A stretch of 64,000 nt of DNA, from NCBI RefSeq assembly GCF_009914755.1, contig NC_060933.1; one strand, given 5' to 3'. The notes under the pieces were generated by a model, which saw nothing but the letters and a program-made list of their open reading frames with translations, did no database searches and was not told the origin of the DNA. The position numbers and the translations under genes are program-made. How positions within the stretch are numbered: position 1 is the stretch's first letter; each line of letters opens with the position of its first letter. Source of the DNA: the human T2T-CHM13v2.0 reference genome, Homo sapiens. Shown here piece by piece: positions 14,841 through 30,000 of the stretch.

Positions 14841-17800
14841 GTTAATTCCATTCCATTCCATTCCATTCCATTCCATTCCATTCCAATCTATTCCATTCCA
14901 TTGCAATCGAGTTGAATCAATTGCATTTCATTCCATTCCATTCCATTCCATTCCATTCCATTGCAATCGAGTTGAATCCATTGCATTTCATTCCATTCCA
15001 TTCCATTCCATTCCATTCCGGAAGATTCCATTCCATTGCATTCCATTCCATTCCATTCCCCTGCACTCGCGTTGATTCCTTTCCATTCCATTCCATTCCA
15101 TTCCATTCCATTCCGTTCCGTTCCGTTCCATTTCATTCCATTCCATTCCATTCCATTCCATTCCGTTCCGTTCCATTCCATTCCATTCCATTCTATTCGG
15201 GTTAATTCCATTCCATTCCATTCGATTGCAATCGAGTTGATTCCATTCCATTCCATTCCATTCCATTCCATTCCATTCCAATCGAGTTGATTGCATTCCA
15301 TTCCATTACATTCCATTCCACTCCATTCCAGTCCTTTCCATTCCATTCCACTCGGGTTGATTCCATTCTATTACTTTCCATTCCATTCCATTCCATTGCA
15401 ATCGAGTTGATTCAATTGCTTTGCATTCCATTCCATTCCATTCCATTCCGGATGATTCCATTCCATTGCATTCCATTCCATTCCATTCCCCTTCACTCGG
15501 GTTGATTCCATTCCATTCCACTCCATTCCGTTCCATTCCATTCCATTCCATTTTATTCGGGTTAATTCCATTCCATGCCATTCCATTCCATTCCATTCCA
15601 TTCCATTCCATTCCATTCTATTACAATCGAGTTGATTCCATTCCATTCCATTCCATTCCATTCCATTCCATTCCAGTCCTTTGCATTCCATTCCACTCGG
15701 GTTGATTCCATTCTATTAGTTTCCATTCCATTCCATTCCCTTCCATTCCACTCTGGTTGATTCCATTCCTTTCCATTCCAATCGAATACATTCCCTCCTA
15801 TTCCACTCGGATCGATTCCATTCCATTCCATTCCATTCCATTCCATTCCATTCCATTCCATTCCATTTCGTTCCATTCCATTCTATTCCGTACCATTCCA
15901 TTCCATTCCATTCCTTTCCATTCCATTCCATTCCATTCCATTCCTCTCTTGTTGATTCCATTCCTTTCCATTCCATTCGGTTTGAAGGCATTCCATTCCA
16001 TTCAATTCCATTCCATTCCATTCCATTCCATTCCATTCCATTGTACTCGGGTTGATTCCATTCCATTCCATTCCATTCCATTCCATTCCATTCCGTTGCA
16101 TTCCATTCCATTACATTCGTACTGATTCTATTCAACTCCCTTACTCTCCATTACATTCCATTCCATTCGGGTTGTTCCATTCCATTCCATTCCATTCCAC
16201 TCCATTCCATTGCACTCGGGTTGATTCCATTCCATTCCATTCCATACCATTCCATTCCATTCCATTCCATTCCATTCCGTTCCATTCCGTTCCATTCCAT
16301 TCCATTCCATTCTATTCGTGTTAATTCCATTCCATTCCATTCCATTCCATTCTATTCGTGTTAATTCCATTCCATTCCATTCCATTCCATTCTATTCCAT
16401 TCCATTGCAGTCGAGTTGAATCCATTGCATTTCATGCCATTCCATTCCATTCCATTCCATTCCGGAAGATTCCATTCCATTGCATTCCATACCATTCCAT
16501 TTCCCTGCACTCGCGTTGATTCCATTCCATTCCATTCCATTCCATTCCATTCCGTTCCGTTCCGTTCCATTCCATTCTATTCCATTCCATTGCATTCCAT
16601 TCCGTTCCGTTCCATTCCATTCCATTCCATTCTATTTGGGTTAATTCCATTCCATTCCATTCGATTGCAATCGAGTTGATTCCATTCCATTCCATTCCAT
16701 TCCATTCCATTCCATTCCATTCCATTCCATTCCTTTCCATTACATTACGGATGATTCCATTCCATTGCATTCCATTCCATTCCATTCCCCTGTACTCGGG
16801 TTGATTCCATTCCATTCCATTCCAATCCATGCCATTCCACTCGTATTGATTCCATTCTTTCCATTCCATTCAAGTTGAATCCATTCCATTGCATTCCATT
16901 CCATTCGATTCCATTCGATTGCACTCGGGTTGATTCCATTCCATTGTATTCCATTCCATTCCATTCCATTCCATTCCATTCCATTCCATTCCGTTCCATT
17001 CCATTCCATTACATTCGGATTGATTCTATTCAATTCCCTTACACTCCATTACATTCCATTCCATTCGGGTAGTTTCCATTCCATTCCATTCCATTCCTCT
17101 CCATTCCATTGCACTCGGGTTGATTCCATTCCATTGCATTCCATTCGATACCATTCAATTCCATTCCGTTCCATTCCATTCCATTACATTCGGATTGATT
17201 CTATTCAACTCCCTTACTCTCCATTACATTCGATTCCGTTCGGGTTGTTCCATTCCATTCCATTCCATTCCTCTCCATTTCATTGCACTCGGGTTGATTC
17301 CATTCCATTCCATTCCATTCCGGAAGATTCCATTCCATTGCATTCCATTAAATTCCATTCCCCTGTACTCGCGTTGATTCCATTCCATTCCATTCCATTC
17401 CATTGCATTCCATTGCATTCCATTGCATTACATTCCTCTGCACTCAGGTTGATTCCTTTCCATTCCATTCCATTCCATTCCATTCTATTCGCGTTAATTC
17501 CATTCCACTCCATTCCATTACATTCCATTGCAATCGACTTGATTCCATTCCATTCCATTCCATTCCATTCCATTCCATTCCATTCAAGTCCTTTCCATTC
17601 CATTCCACTCGCGTTGATTCCATTTTATTAGTTTCCATTCCATTCCATTCCCTTCCATTCCACTCTGGTTGATTCCATTCCTTTCCATTCTACTCGATTG
17701 CATTCCCTTCTATTCCACTCGGATTGATTCCATTCCATTCCGTTCCATTCCATTCCATTTCGTTCCATTCCATTCTATTCCATTCCATTCCATTCCATTC

Positions 17801-20800
17801 CTTTCCATTCCATTCCGTTCCATTCCATTCCATTCCATTCCATTTCTTTCCATTCCATTCTATTCCATACCATTCCATTCCATTCCGTTCCATGCCATTC
17901 CACTCGGGTTGATTCCATTGTTTTCCATTCCATTTGGGTTGAATCCATTCCATTCCATTCCATTCCATTCCATTCCATTCCGTTCCATTCCATTCCATTA
18001 CATTCGTATTGATTGTATTCAATTCCCTTACACTCCATTACATTCCATTCCATTCGGGTTGTTTCCATTCCATGCCATTCCATTCCACTCCATTCCATTG
18101 CAGTCGGGTTGATTCCATTCCATTCCATTCCATTCCCTTCCATTCCATTTCGTTCCATTCCATTCTATTCCATACCATTCCATTCCATTCCATTCCATTC
18201 CATTCCATTCCATTCCATGCCATTCCACTCGGGTTGATTCCTTTCCATTCCATTCCATTCGGGTTGAAACCATTCCATTCTATTCAATTCCATTCCATTT
18301 CGGATGATTGCATTCCATTGCCTTCCATTCAATTGCATTCCCCAGCACCCGGGTTGATTCCATTCAATTCCATTCCATTCCATTCCGTTCCATTCCATTC
18401 CATACCATTCCATTCCATTCCATTCCATTCTATTTGGGTTAATTCCATTCCATTCCATTCCATTCCATTCAGTTTCATTGCAATCGGGTTGATTCCATTC
18501 CGTTCCATTCCATTGCATTCCATTCCATTCCATTCCATTCCATTCCATTCCATTCCATTCCACTCGGGTTGATTCCATTCCTTTCCATTCCATTCGGGGT
18601 GAAGCCTTTCCATTCCATTCCATTCCTTTCGATTCCATTCCATTGCACTCGGGTGGATCCCATTCCTTTGCATTCCATTCCATTCCATTCCATTCCATTC
18701 CATTCCCTTCCATTCCATTCCATTCTATTCCATTCCATTCCATTCTATTAGGGTTAATTCCATTCCATTCCATTCCATTCCATTCCATTCCATTCCATTC
18801 CATTCCTTTGCAATCGAGTTTATTCCATTCCATTCCATTCCATTCCATTCCATTCCATTCCATTCCATTCCATTCCATTCAATTCCATTGAACTCGGGTT
18901 GATTCCATTCCATTCCATGCCATTCCATTTCATTCCAATCCATTGCCTTCCATTCCATTCCATTCCTCTGCACTCGGGTTGATTCCATTCCTTTCCATTC
19001 CATTCGATTCCATTCCATGCCATTCCACTCGGGTTGATTCCATTACTTTCCATTCCATTCGAGTTGAATCCATTCCATTCGATTCCATTCCATTCGATTC
19101 CATTCCATTGCTCACGGGTTCATTCCATTCCATTCCATTCCATTCCATTCTGTTCCATTTCATTCCATTTCGTTCCATTCCATTCTCTTCCGTACCATTC
19201 CATTCCATTCCATTCCACTCCATTCCATGCCGTTCCACTCGGGTTTATTCCATTCCTTTCCATTCCATTCGGGTTGAATTCATTCCATTCCATTCCATTC
19301 CATTCCATTCCATTCCATTCCATTGCACTCGGGTTGATTCCATTCCATTCCATTCCATTCCACTCCATTCCATTGCACTCGGGTTGATTCCATTCCTTTC
19401 CATTCCATTCCAGTTGAACCCATTCCATTCTATTCCATTCCATTCCATTCCATTCCATTCCATTCCATTGCACACGGGTTCATTCCATTCCATTGCATTC
19501 CATTCCATTCCATTCCATTCCATTTCGTTCCATTCCATTCTATTCCTTACCATTCCATTCCATTCCATTCCATTCCCTTCCATGCCATTTCACTCGGGTT
19601 TATTCCATTCCTTTCCATTCCATGCGGGTGGAATCCATTCCATTCCATTCCATTCCATTCCATTCCATTGAACTCGGGTTGATTCCATTCCATTCCATGC
19701 CATTCCATTTCATTCCATTCCATTCCATTCCGTTCCATTCCATTCCATTCCTTTCCGTTCAATTCCATTACATTCGGATTGATTCTTTTTAATTCCCTTA
19801 CACTCCATTACATTCCATTCCATTCGGGTAGTTTCCATTCCATTCCATTCCATTCCTCTGCATTCTATTGCACTCGGGTTGATTGATTCCATTCCATTGC
19901 ATTCCATTCCATTCAGGATGATTTCATTCCATTGCATTCCATTCCATTCCATTCCCCTGCACTCGTGTTGATTCCATTCCTTTCCATTCCATTCCATTCC
20001 GTTCCATTCCATTCCATTACATTCATACTGATTGTACTCAATTCCCTTACACTCCATTACATTCCATTCCATTCTGGTTGTTTCCATTCCATTACATTCC
20101 ATTCTACTCCATTCCATTGCACTCAGGTTGATTCCATTCCATTCCATTCTATTTCGTTCCATTCCATTCTATTCCGTACCATTCCATTCCATTCCATTCC
20201 ATTCCATGCCATTCCACTCAGTTTTATTACATTCCTTTCCATTCCATTCGGGTGGAATCCATTCCATTCCATTCCATTCCATTCCATTCCATTCCATTCC
20301 ATTCCTTTGCACTCGGGTTGATTCCATTCCATTCCCTGCCATTCCATTTCATTCAATTCCATTCCATTCCATTCCATTCCATTCCATTCCATTCCGTTCC
20401 ATTCCATTCCATTACATTCGGATTGATTGTATTCAATTCCCTTACACTCCATTACATTCCGTTCCATTCGGGTTGTTTCCGTTCCATTACATTCCATTCC
20501 ACTCCATTCCATTGCACTCAGGTTGATTCCATTCCATTCCATTCCATTCCATTCCATTCCATTCCATTCCATTTCGTTCCATTCCATTCTATTCCGTACC
20601 ATTCCATTCCATTCCATTCCATTCCATTCCATTCCATGCCATTCCACTCGGGTTGATTCCATTCCTTTCCATTCCATTCGGGTTGAATCCATTCCATTCC
20701 ATTCCATTGCATTCCGTTCCATTCCATTCTCCTGCAATCGGGTGGATTCCATTCTATTCCATTCCATTCCATTCATTCCATTCCATTCCATTCCATTTCG

Positions 20801-23800
20801 TTCCATTCCATTCTATTCCGTACCTTTCCATTCCATTCCATTCCATTCCATTCCATTCCATGCCATGCCATTCCACTCGAGTTGATTCCATTCCTTTCCA
20901 TTCCATTCTAGTTGAATCCATTCCATTGCATTCCATTCCATTCGATTCCATTCAATTGCACACGGGTTCATTCCATTCCATTCCATTCGATTCCATTCAA
21001 TTGCACACGGGTTCATTCCATTCCATTCCATTCCATTCCATTCCATTCCATTCCATTCCATTTCGTTCCATTCCATTCTATTCCGTACCATTCCCTTCCA
21101 TTCCATTCCATTCCACTCCATTCCATGCCATTCCACTCGGGTTTATTCCATTCCTTTCCATTCCATTCGGGTTGAATCCATTCCATTCGGGTTGAATCCA
21201 TTCCATTCCATTCCATTCCATTCCATTCCATTCCATTCCATTCCATGCCATTCCACTCGGGTTGATTCCATTCCTTTAAATTCCATTCGAGTTGAACCCA
21301 TTCCATTCCATTCCATTCCATTCCATTCCATTCCATTCCATTGCTCACAGGTTCATTCCATCCAATTCCATTCCATTCCATTCCATTCCATTCCATTTCG
21401 TTCCATTCCATTCTACTCCGTACCATTGCATTCCATTCCATTCCCTTCCATGCCATTTCACTCGGGTTTATTCCTTTCCTTTCTATTCCATTCGGGTTGA
21501 ATCCATTCCATTCCATTCCATTGCATTCCATTCCATTCCATTCCCCTGCAATCGTGTGGGTTCCATTCTATTCCATTCCATTCCATTCCATTCCATTCCA
21601 TTCCATTGCATTCCATTCCATTCCATTTCGTTCAATTCCATTCTATTCCGTACCCTTCCATTCCATTCCATTCCATTCCATGCCATGCCATTCCACTCGG
21701 GTTGATTCCATTGCTTTCCATTCCATTTGGGTTGAATCTAATCCATTCCATTGCATTCCATTCCATTCCATTCCACTGCACTAGGTTTGATTCCATTTCA
21801 CTGCATTCCATTCCATTCCATTCCATTAAATTCCATTCCACTCGGGTTGATTCCATTCCTTTCCATTCCATTGGTGTTGAATCCATTCCATTCCATTCCA
21901 TTACTTTCGATTCCATTCCATTGCACTCGGGTTGAACCCATTCCATTGGATTCCATTCCATTCCATTGCATTCCATTCCGTTCCTTTCCATTCCATTACA
22001 TTCGTATTGATTCTATTCACTTCCCTTACACTCCATTCCATTCCATTCCATTCGGGTTGTTTCCATTCCATTCCATTCCATTCCACTCCATTCCATTGCA
22101 ATCAGGTTGATTCCATTCCATTCCATTCCATTCCATTCCGTATGATTCCATTCCATTGCATTCCATTCCATTCCATTCCCCTGCACTCGGGTGGATTCCA
22201 TTCTATTCCATTCCATTCCATTCCACTCTATTCCATTCCATTCCATTCCATTCCATTCCATTCCATTCTATTCGGGTTAATTTCATTCCATTCCATTCCA
22301 TTCCATTCCATTGCATTCCATTCCATTCCATTGAAATCAAGTTGATTCCATTTCATTCCATTCCATTCCATTCCATTCCATTCCATTCCATTCCATTGCA
22401 TTCTATTCCGGTTAATTCCATTCCATTCCATTCCATTCCATTCCCTTCCATTCCATTCCATTCCATTCTAATAGGGTTAATTCCATTCCATTCCATTCCA
22501 TTACATTCCATTGCAATCGAGTTGATTCCATTCCATTCCATTCAATTCCGGATGATTGCATTCCATTGCCTTCCATTCCATTCCATTCCCCTGCACTCGG
22601 GTTGATTCCATTCCATTCCTTTCCATTCCATTCCATTCCATTCCATTTCGTTTCATTCCGTTCTATTCCGTACCATTCCATTCCATTCCATTCCATTTCA
22701 TTCCATTCCATTCCATGCCATTCCACTCGGGTTGATTCCATTCCTTTCCATTCCATTCGACTTGAATCCATTCCATTCCATTCCATTCCATTCGATTCCA
22801 TTCCATTGCACTCGGGTTCATTCCATTCCATTCCATTCCATTCCATTCCATTCCATTCCATTCCATTCCATTCCACTCGGGATGATTCCATTCCTTTCCA
22901 TTCCATTCGGGTTGAAACCATTCCATTCCATTCCATTCCTTTCGATTCCATTCCATTCCATTACATTCGGATTGATTCTATTCAATTCCCTTACACTCCA
23001 TTACATTCCATTCCATTCGGGTTGTTTCCATTCCATTCCATTCCATTCCACTCCATTCCATTGCAATCGGGTTGATTCCATTCCATTCCATTCCATTCCA
23101 TTCCGTTCCATTCCATTCCATTCCATTCTGTTCAGGTTAATTCCATTCCATTCCATTCCCTTCCATTCCATTCCATTCCATTCCATCCAATTGCAATCGA
23201 GTTGATTCCTTTGCATTCCATTCCATTCCATTCCATTCCATTGCATTCCATTCCATTAGATTCCATTCCATTGCATTCCATTCCATTCCATTCCCCTGCA
23301 CTCAGATTGATTCCATTCCATCCCATTCCATTCCATTCCGTTCCATTCCATTCCATTCCATTCTATTCGCGTTAATTCCATTCCATTCCATTACATTCCA
23401 TTGCAATCGAGTTGATTCCATTCCATTCCGTTCCATTCCATTCCATTCCATTCCATTTCGTTCCATTCCATTCTATTCCGTACCATTCCATTCCATTCCA
23501 TTCCATTCCATTCCATGCCATTCCACTCGGGTTGATTCTATTGCTTTCCATTCCATTTGGGTTGAATCCAATCCATTCCATTCCATTCCATTCCATTCCA
23601 TTCCATTGCACTAGGTTTGATTCCATTCCACTGCATTCCATTCCATTCTGTTCCATTCCATTCCATTACATTCGGATTGATTGTATTCAATTCCTTACAC
23701 TCCATTACATTCCATTCCATTCGGGTTGTTTCCATTCCATTCCATTCCATTCCATTCCATTCCATTGCACTCAGGTTGATTCCATTCCATTCCATTCCAT

Positions 23801-26355
23801 TCCATTCCATTCCATTCCATTCCATTCCATTTCGTTCCATTCCATTCTATTCCGTACCATTCCATTCCATTCCATTCCATTCCATGCCATTCCACTCGGG
23901 TTTATTCCATTCCTTTCCATTCCATTCGGGTTGAATCCATTCCATTCCATTCCATTCCATTCCATTCCATTCCATTGCACTCGGGTTGATTCCATTCCAT
24001 TCCCTGCCATTCCATTTCATTCCATTCCATTCCATTCCATTGCATTCCATTCCATTCCGTTCCATTCCATTCCATTACATTCGGATTGATTGTATTCAAT
24101 TCCCTTATACTCCATTACATTCCATTCAATTCGTGTTGTTTCCGTTCCATTACATTCCCTTCCACTCCATTCCATTGCACTCAGGTTGATTCCATTCCAT
24201 TCCATTCCATTCCATTCCATTCCATTCCATTTCGTTCCATTCCATTCTATTCCCTACCATTCCATTCCATTCCATTCCATTCCATGCCAATCCACTCGGG
24301 TTTATTCCATTCCTTTCCATTCCATTCGGGTTGAATCCATTCCATTCCATTCCATTCCATTCCATTCCATTCCATTCCATTCCATTCCCCTGCAATCGGG
24401 TGGATTCCATTCTATTCCATTCCATTCCTTTCCATTCCATTCCATTCCATTCCATTTCGTTCCATTCCATTCTATTCCGTACCATTCCTTTCCATTCCAT
24501 TCCATTCCATTCCATGCCATGCCATTCCACTCGGGTTGATTCCATTCCTTTCCATTCCATTCTAGTTGAATCCATTCCATTGCATTCCATTCCATTCGAT
24601 TCCATTCAATTGCAAACGGGTTCATTCCATTCCATTCCATTCCATTCCATTTCGTTCCATTCCATTCTATTCCGTACCATTCCCTTCCATTCAATTCCAT
24701 TCCACTCCATTCCATGCCATTCCATTCGGGTTTATTCCATTCCCTTCCATTCCATTCGGGTTGAATCCATTCCATTCCATTCCATTCCATTCCATTCCAT
24801 TCCATGCCATTCCACTCGGGTTGATTCCATTCTTTTCCATTACATTCGAGTTGAACCCATTCCATTCCATTCCATTCCATTCCATTCCATTCCATTCCAT
24901 TCCACTCGGGTTGATTCCATTCCTTTCCATTCCATTCGGGTTGAAACCATTCCATTCCATTCCATTCCTTTCGATTCCATTCCATTTCACTCGGGTTGAT
25001 CCCATTCCATTGCATTCCATTCCATTCCATTGCATTCCATTCCGTTCCATTCCATTCCATTACATTCGTATTGATTCTATTCAATTCCCTTACTCTCCAT
25101 TACATTCCATTCCATTCGGGTTGTTTCCATTCCATTCCATTCCATTCCTCTCCATTCCATTGCAATCGGGTTGATTCCATTCCATTCCATTGCATTCCAT
25201 TCCATTTCATTCCATTCCATTCCATTCCATTCCATTCCGTATGATTCCATTCCATTGCATTGCATTCCATTCCATTCCACTGCACTCGGTTGGATTCCAT
25301 TCTATTCCATTCCATTCCATTCCATTCCATTCCATTCCATTCCATTCTATTCGGGTTAATTTCATTCCATTCCCTTCCATTCTATTCCATTCCATTCCAT
25401 TCCATTCCATTCCATTGAAATCGAGTTGATTCCATTCCATTCCATTCCATTCCATTCCATTCCATTCTATTCGTGTTAATTCCATTCCATTCCATTCCAT
25501 TCCATTCCCTTCCATTCCATTCCATTCCATTCCATTCCATTCCATTCCATTCTATTAGGGTTAATTCCATTCCATTCCATTCCATTCCATTCCATTCCAT
25601 TCCATTCCACTCCATTCCATGCCATTCCACTCGGGTTTATTCCATTCCTTTCCATTCCATTCGGGTTGAGTCCATTCCATTCCATTCCATTCCATTCCAT
25701 TCCATGCCATTGCACTCGGGTTGATTCCATTCCTTTCCATTCCATTCGAATTGAACCCATTCCATTCCCTTCCATTCCATTCCATTCCATTCCATTCCAT
25801 TGCTCACGGGTTCATTCCATTCCATTCCATTCCATTCCATTCCATTCCATTTCGTTCCATTCCATTCTACTCCGTAGCATTCCATTCCATTCCATTCCCT
25901 TCCATGACATTTCACTCGGGTTTATTCCATTCCTTTCCATTCCATTCGGGTTGAATCCATTCCATTCCATTCCATTCCATTCCATTGCGCTCGGGTTGAT
26001 TCCATTCCATTCTATGCCATTCCATTTCATTCCGTTCCATTCCATTCCATTCCTTTCCATTCCTTTCCTTTCAATTCCATTCCATTACATTCGGATTGAT
26101 TCTTTTTAATTCCCTTACACTCCATTACATTCCATTCCATTCGGGTACTTTCCATTCCATTCCATTCCATTCCACTGCATTCTATTGCACTCGGGTTGAT
26201 TGATTCCATTAGATTGCATTCCATTCCATTCCATTCCCCTGCACTCGGGTTGATCCCATTCCATTGCATTCCATTCCATTCCGTTCCATTCCATTCCATT
26301 CCATTCTGTTCAGGTTAATTCCATTCCATTCCATTCCATTCCATTCCATTCCATT
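14841..26355 (+). repeat. 11.5-kb tandem segmental duplication, copy 2
   Basis: Colinear with copy 1. The junction lies in the (CCATT)n run after GGTTAATT at ~14840-14883. Identity ends after ctgttcaggttaatt(ccatt)n at ~26355. Confidence 0.95.
15016..17330. promoter_or_regulatory. Three perfect heat-shock elements (15016-15028, 16460-16472, 17318-17330), duplicated with the 11.5-kb unit
   Basis: Same TTCcgGAAgaTTC motif at the duplication offset. Confidence 0.55.
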
Positions 26356-26529
26356 CCATCCCATTGCAATCTAGTTGATTCCATTGCTTTCCATTCCATT
26401 CCATTCCATTCCATTGCATTCCATTCCATTCCATTCCCCTGCACTCAGATTGATTCCATTCCATCCCATTCCATTCTATTCCGTTCCATTACATTCCATT
26501 CCATTCTATTCGCGTTAATTCCATTCCAT

Positions 26530-26790
26530 TCCATTCCATTACATTCCATTGCAATCGAGTTGATTCCATTCCATTCCGTTCCATTCCATTCCATTCCATT
26601 TCGTTCCATTCCATTCTATTCTGTACAATTCCATTCCATTCCATTCCATTCCATTCCATTCCATTCCATTACATTCCATTGCAATCGAGTTGATTCCATT
26701 CCATTCCGTTCCATTCCATTCCATTCCATTTCGTTCCATTCCATTCTATTCTGTACAATTCCATTCCATTCCATTCCATTCCATTCCATG
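26530..26790 (+). repeat. 130-bp local tandem duplication
   Basis: acattccattgcaatcgag...ctattctgtacaatt starts at both 26541 and 26671. Confidence 0.9.
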
Positions 26791-27029
26791 CCATTCCACT
26801 CGGGTTGATTCCATTGCTTTCCATTCCATTTGGGTTGAATCCAATCCATTCCATTCCATTCCATTCCATTCCATTCCATTCCATTCCATTGCACTAGGTT
26901 TGATTCCATTCCGCTGCATTCCATTCCATTCCATTCCGTTCCATTCCATTCCATTACATTCGGATTGATTGTATTCAATTCCCTTACACTCCATTACATT
27001 CCATTCCATTCGGGTTGTTTCCATTCCAT

Positions 27030-27050
27030 TCCATTCCGTGTGCAATGGAA
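27030..27050. other. Inversion breakpoint 1 (CATTC to GAATG) with CC microhomology at 27036-27037
   Basis: Junction reads ccattCCgtgtgcaatgg. The intact paralog of the right side at ~29435-29450 reads gaacCCgtgtgcaatgg, so CC is shared by both parents and no bases are inserted. Confidence 0.92.
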
Positions 27051-30000
27051 TGGAATGGAATGGAATGGAATGGAATGGGTTCAACTAGAATGGAATGGAA
27101 AGGAATGGAAACAACCCGAGTGGAATGGCATGGAATGGAATGGAATGGAATGGAAAGCAATGGAATGAAATGGAATGGAAGGGAATGGATTGAAATGGAA
27201 TGGAATGGAATGGAATCAACCCGAGTGCAATGTAATGGAATTGAATGGAATGGAATGGAATGCAATGGAATGAATTCAACCCGAATGGAATGGAAAGGAA
27301 TGGAATAAACCCGAGTGGAATGGCATGGAATGGAGTGGAATGGAATGGAATGGAATACTACGGAAGAGAATGGAATGGAACGAAATGGAATGGAATGGAA
27401 TGGAATGGAATGAACACGTGAGCAATTGAATGGAATCGAATGGAATAGAATGGAATGGAATGGATTCAACTCGAATGGAATGGAAAGGAATGGAATCAAC
27501 CCGAGTGGAATGGCATGGAATGGAATGGAATGGAATGGAACGGAATGGAATGGAATCAACTCGATTGCAAAGGAATGTAATGGAATGGAATGGAACGGAA
27601 TTAACGCAAATAGAATGGAATGGAAAGGAATGGAACGGAATGGAATGGAAAGAAATGGAATGGAATCAATCTGAGTACAGGGGAATGCAATGGAATGGAA
27701 TGCAATGGAATGGAATGGAATGGAATGCAATGGAATCACCTCGATTGCAATGGGATGGAATGGAATGGAATGGAATGGAAGGGAATGGAATGGAATGGAA
27801 TTAACCTGAACAGAATGGAATGGAATGGAATGGAATGGAATGGAATGCAATGGAATGGAATCAATCAACCCGAGTGCAATAGAATGCAGTGGAATGGAAT
27901 GGAATGGAATGGAATGGAATGGAATGGAATGGAATGGCAGGGAATGGAATGGAATCAACCCGAGTGCAAAGGAATGGAATGGAATGGAATGGAATGGAAT
28001 GGATTCAACCCGAATGGAATGGAAAGGAATGGAATAAACCTGAGTGGAATCGCATGGAATGGAATGGAATGGAATGGAATGGAATGGTACGGAATAGAAT
28101 GGAATGGAAAGTAATGGAATGGAATGGAATGGAATGGAATGGAATCAACCTGAGTGCAATGGAATGGAGTGGAATGGAATGTAATGGAATGGAAACAACC
28201 CGAATGGAATGGAATGTAATGGAGTGTAAGGGAATTGAATACAATCAATCCGAATGTAATGGAATGGAATGGAACGGAATGGAATGGAATGGAATGCAGT
28301 GGAATGGAATCAAACCTAGTGCAATGGAATGGAATGGAATGGAATGGAATGAAATGGAATGGAATGGAATGGAATGAAATGGAATGGAATGGAGTGGAAT
28401 GGAATGGAATGGATTGGATCCAACCCAAATGGAATGGAAAGCAATGGAATCAACCCGAGTGGAATGGCATGGAATGGAATGGAATGGAATGGAATGGAAT
28501 GGAATGGTACTGAATAGAATGGAATGGAATGAAATGGAATGGAATGGAATGGAATGGAACGGAATGGAATGGAATCAACTCGATTGCAATGGAATGTAAT
28601 GGAATGGAATGGAATGGAATTAACGCGAATAGAATGGAATGGAATGTAATGGAACGGAATGGAATGGAATGGGATGGAATGGAATCAATCTGAGTGCAGG
28701 GGAATGGAATGGAATGGAATGCAATGGAATGGAATGGAATGGAATGGAATGCAATGGAATCAACTAGATTGCAATGGGATGGAATGGAATGGAATGGAAT
28801 GGAAGGGAATGGAATGGAATGGAATTAACCTGAACAGAATGGAATGGAATGGAATGGAACGGAATGGAAGGGAATGGAATGGAATGGAATTAAGCTGAAG
28901 AGAATGGAATGGAATGGAATGGAACGGAATGGAATGGAATGGAATGGAATGGAATGGAATGGAATGGAATGGAATGCAATGGAATGGGATCAACCCGAGT
29001 GCAGGGGAATGGAATGGAATGGAATGCAATGGAATGGAATCAATCAACCCGAGTGCAATAGAATGCAGTGGAATGGAATGGAATGGAATGGAAAGTACCC
29101 GAATGGAAAGGAATGTAATGGAGTGTAAGGGAATTAAAAAGAATCAATCCGAATGTAATGGAATGGAAGGGAACGGAATGGAATGGAATGGAATGGAATG
29201 GAATGGAATGGAATGGAATGAAATGGAATGGCATGGAATGGAATGGAATCAACCTGAGTTCAATGGAATGGAATGGAATGGAATGGAATGCAATGGATTC
29301 AACCCGAATGGAATGGAAAGGAATGGAATAAACCCGAGTGAAATGGCATGGAAGGGAATGGAATGGAATGGAATGGTAAGGAATAGAATGGAATGGAACG
29401 AAATGGAATGGAATGGAATGGAATGTAATGGAATGAACCCGTGTGCAATGGAATGGAATGGAATGGAATGGAATGGAATGGAATGGAATGGAATGGGTTC
29501 AACTAGAATGGAATGGAAAGGAATGGAATCAACCCGAGTGGAATGGCATGGAATGGAATGGAAAGGAATGGAATGGAATGGAATGGAATGGAATGGAATG
29601 GAATGGAATGGAATGAAATGGAATGGAAGGGAATGGATTGAAATGGAATGGAATGGAATGGAATCAACCCGAGTGCAATGTAATGGAATTGAATGGAATG
29701 GAATGGAATGGAATGGAATGAATTCAACCCGAATGGAATGGAAAGGAATGGAATAAACCCGAGTGGAATGGCATGGAATGGATTGGAATGGAATGGAATG
29801 GAATACTACGGAAGAGAATGGAATGGAACGAAATGGAATGGAATGGAATGAACACGTGAGCAATGGAATGGAATCGAATGGAATTTAATGGAATGGAATG
29901 GATTCAACTCGAATGGAATGGAAAGGAATGGAATCAACCCGAGTGGAATGGCATGGAATGGAATGGAATGGAATGGAATGGAACGGAATGGAATGGAATC

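Larger units (their letters stand above)
1..27037 (+). repeat. Human Satellite III (HSat3) array, block 1, CATTC on + strand
   Basis: Continuous (CATTC)n with long perfect runs, interrupted by ACTCGGGTTG/ATTCGGGTTA/ATCGAGTTG motifs. These interruptions are diagnostic of HSat3; HSat2 would be dominated by CATTCGATTC and short 23/26-bp units. Confidence 0.97.
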
